Positions 62,101-64,000 of a DNA stretch of 64,000 nt are shown in pieces. How positions within the stretch are numbered: position 1 is the first letter of the stretch; each line of letters opens with the position of its first letter. Made by a program: the position numbers and the translations under genes. Below the pieces are notes generated by a model. The model saw only the letters and a program-made list of their open reading frames with translations, was not told the origin of the DNA and did no database searches. Source of the DNA: Amoebophrya sp. A120 (taxonomy: Eukaryota; Protista; Dinoflagellata); the NCBI GenBank assembly GCA_905178155.1, contig CAJINV010000001.1, positions 2,346,089-2,410,088 of the forward strand, read 5' to 3'.

Positions 62101-63867
62101 GGGCCCCTGGGACCAGGGCCCCTGGGACCAGGGCCCCTGGGACCAGGGCCCCTAGGACCAGGGCCCCTAGGACCAGGGCCCCTAGGACCAGGGCCCCTAC
62201 GGACTGGGGCCCCTACGGACTGGGGCCCCAGTCGTGTCTCAGAATCTGGCGTCCCGGAATCTGGTGTGCCGGCGTCTGGATCTGGAAGAGTTGGGGCGTC
62301 CCTCTACGTACAAAAAAAGCACAGCTCGACTTATGAACTGCAAATATGTCTGGGGCTGGAAGGATGCAACTTCTGATGCGGCCTTTGGATTCTACCAAAA
62401 TCTGTATTGCGTGAGCAGCAAGAGGAGTTCAGTTTTTGCCACGCAGAGGGGGCATTTCTCATGCGGTGTAGGCATCAGGAAGCGCTCGCAAAGGGTGTGA
62501 TGCTGGGGCATGCATCACAGGCATCATGGATCATGCAAAATGAGCATGAGAAATCTCACAACCTTCCAGACCCAGACATTTTTACATTTGATACGACTTT
62601 CATGGTGACAATTTGAGATGTCTCTCGTTAGCACTTTGAGCTGCATCCCTGTCCACTCAAGCAGTGATTTTGCTGGGAAACATTTCGAATACAAACGGCG
62701 CCCGTCGCATTGTAAATAGATCTGGGTCTGCACAACTAAGAACTTGTGACGCGTGTCGAGGAATATAGAATAAAGCGAAAGAGATGCTCTGGGTAGTCAG
62801 CAGACTGCGTCACATATTACGTGTGGCCTGCCTTCTTCCACCTCCTGGCCCGATGCTAGGACTTACAAGACATGCGTACTTGGTGGCCCAGATACGCTGG
62901 CAGACAGCTCCGGTTCCGGCCGCGCCTCGCCGTGTACCAGATTCCGGGACGCCGTTCAGTCCGTAGGGGCCCCAGTCCGTAGGGGCCCTGGTCCTGGGGG
63001 CCCTGGTCCCAGGGGCCCTGGTCTGAGCAGGGGCCCTGGTCTACCCGGATACCCAGATATATTTGCAATGCATATCCACCGCGTGAGACAGCAGTCCAGG
63101 TCGAACCGGAACACGGGCACGTCCTGGTTCTGGTTCTATCAAATGCAAATATCGATCTGGGTCTGGAACAAGATTGCAGAACTTGTCATGCCGGTTTTAC
63201 GTGACCATGTTGGTCTAGCATGCAAGCCCTAGCATCACAGGTTTTGAGCAGGAGGTATCCCAATGCTTAATCCGCATGACAAATGCCCTGCTTCGGTGAC
63301 AACAAGTGGGCGACTTTTGCTGGCCAAGCATGATAGATTTTGGCATGATGTAGGGTTCGCATCACAAGTTTTAGGCCTTCCAGACCCAGACATATTTGCA
63401 TTTGATAGATTCGACCCCCGCTCCATTTGCCCGGACAGCCCGTCCATGAGCATCTGCAAGGACCGCTGCGCCTGGTCCTGGTAGTTCTTCGTTTCATAGT
63501 TGTAAATGTTCTTTTTCGGCTTCTTCTTTTTACTCTTGGACTCTTTGTCTTTGCCTTTGAAAGGCGCGGCTGCATTTTTCTTTATCGGATCAGCATCTAA
63601 GTTGTTGTCCTTCTCGTGCTTCGCTGCTGAGTCTTGCAGTTCTTGCTCCAATGCGGAAAAATTCTTTGTTCGCAACCAATCCGCTCCCTCTCCCTCCTCT
63701 TCCGTGCCGGAATCTTCAGGCTTCCCGCCACTTCCGGCAATCGCACCGCTCTTGCTGGACTCATGTTCGACGTCGTCGTTGTGTGACGTGTCTTCGGAAC
63801 GGGATCCGCGCCTCCTGCTCGACGTCCAGGGCCTCTTCACAAAACTTGTCAGATTCTTAAACCACAT
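53125..63867 (-). CDS. Large membrane-bound class III nucleotide cyclase (adenylyl-type), split by 11 introners and one GT-AG intron
   Basis: SIFFADVCSFT, VEKIKTIGDCYMAATGL, MRFGVHSGAAVAGVIG, YDLWGDAV, FPTYFV; TM cluster upstream; one continuous frame from 63867 after removing each element plus one TSD. Confidence 0.85.
55434..55758. mobile_element. Introner, family C
   Basis: TIRs; perfect TSD TCCTC. Confidence 0.9.
55820..56050. mobile_element. Introner, family D
   Basis: TIRs; perfect TSD ACGGG. Confidence 0.9.
56378..56649. mobile_element. Introner, family E
   Basis: Degenerate TGTAAAA.CGTCC TIRs; perfect TSD ATCGG; removal gives KYGVPMHF. Confidence 0.82.
56686..56937. mobile_element. 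Introner, family A
   Basis: TIRs; perfect TSD CGGCC. Confidence 0.9.
57551..57812. mobile_element. Introner, family A
   Basis: TIRs; perfect TSD GAACT; internally similar to 18640-18900. Confidence 0.92.
57954..58093. mobile_element. Introner, family B
   Basis: TIRs; perfect TSD GAACC; internally similar to 50421-50569. Confidence 0.9.
59299..59564. mobile_element. Introner, family A
   Basis: TIRs; TSD TTCGC/TTCGT. Confidence 0.88.
60779..61036. mobile_element. Introner, family A
   Basis: TIRs; perfect TSD TCACG; inverted relative of 25492-25731. Confidence 0.92.
61067..61285. mobile_element. Introner, family D
   Basis: TIRs; TSD GCACT/GCGCT; inverted relative of 40077-40297. Confidence 0.9.
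61484..61750. mobile_element. Introner, family A
   Basis: TIRs; TSD GTCGG/GCCGG. Confidence 0.9.
62084..63050. mobile_element. Foldback/Mutator-like non-autonomous element nested in an introner TIR
   Basis: Inverted arms built of 15-bp GGACCAGGGCCCCT[G/A] tandem units (62093-62230 and 62957-63044); ~12-bp flanking duplication; superfamily is inference. Confidence 0.75.
62332..62593. mobile_element. Family A element nested inside the foldback element
   Basis: TIRs; perfect TSD CGACT. Confidence 0.9.
63137..63407. mobile_element. Introner, family A
   Basis: TIRs; TSD GGTTC/GATTC; removal gives RGSNQNQD. Confidence 0.9.
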
Positions 63868-64000
63868 AGTGACGTAAACTCCTTTGACCGGATATAATTC
63901 GACTGCAAAAAACTTAGTGTTAAAAGTACTTAGTTAACAACACAGCCAGTATACATGAAACGAAGAAACCTCCAAAACTTTTATTACTCACAGAAGCGAA

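Larger units (their letters stand above)
61832..63074. mobile_element. Family A introner expanded to 1243 bp by a nested insertion
   Basis: Perfect TSD TCCAC; right TIR split, with ACCCAGATATAT duplicated at 62072-62083 and 63051-63062. Confidence 0.85.

Noticed and set aside
4204-63575. Recurrent short ORF peptides such as ANMSGSGR, QICLGLE, LPDPDIF and FQTQT
   Set aside because: Translations of family A TIRs in different frames, not a protein family

Overview
Eukaryotic, gene-dense window that most resembles a syndinian dinoflagellate such as Amoebophrya (inferred from genome architecture, not from a database match). All ~16 recognisable genes lie on the minus strand: methyltransferase, eIF3g, STEEP1-like, MgtE-like, a SnoaL/NTF2-like tandem pair, a tail-anchored coiled-coil protein, PP2C, a membrane protein, GT25-like, DHX16/Prp2, a RING-UBC fusion, a sirtuin fusion, TRAP1 and a large adenylyl cyclase-like gene. 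The dominant signal is 25 non-autonomous TIR elements (five families, TAT...ATA-type ends, 5-bp target duplications) plus one TG...CA element. All but one nested copy interrupt coding exons, and removing the element plus one TSD copy restores the reading frame, mostly without possible GT-AG borders (introner-type non-canonical introns). A second, unexplained system sits at 13.3-18.4 kb: five copies of a ~58-bp semi-palindromic site separate ~1.0-1.4-kb segments, three of them unrelated GC-rich cassettes, and one copy marks a duplication breakpoint. All gene models were spliced by eye; no alignments or searches were run.
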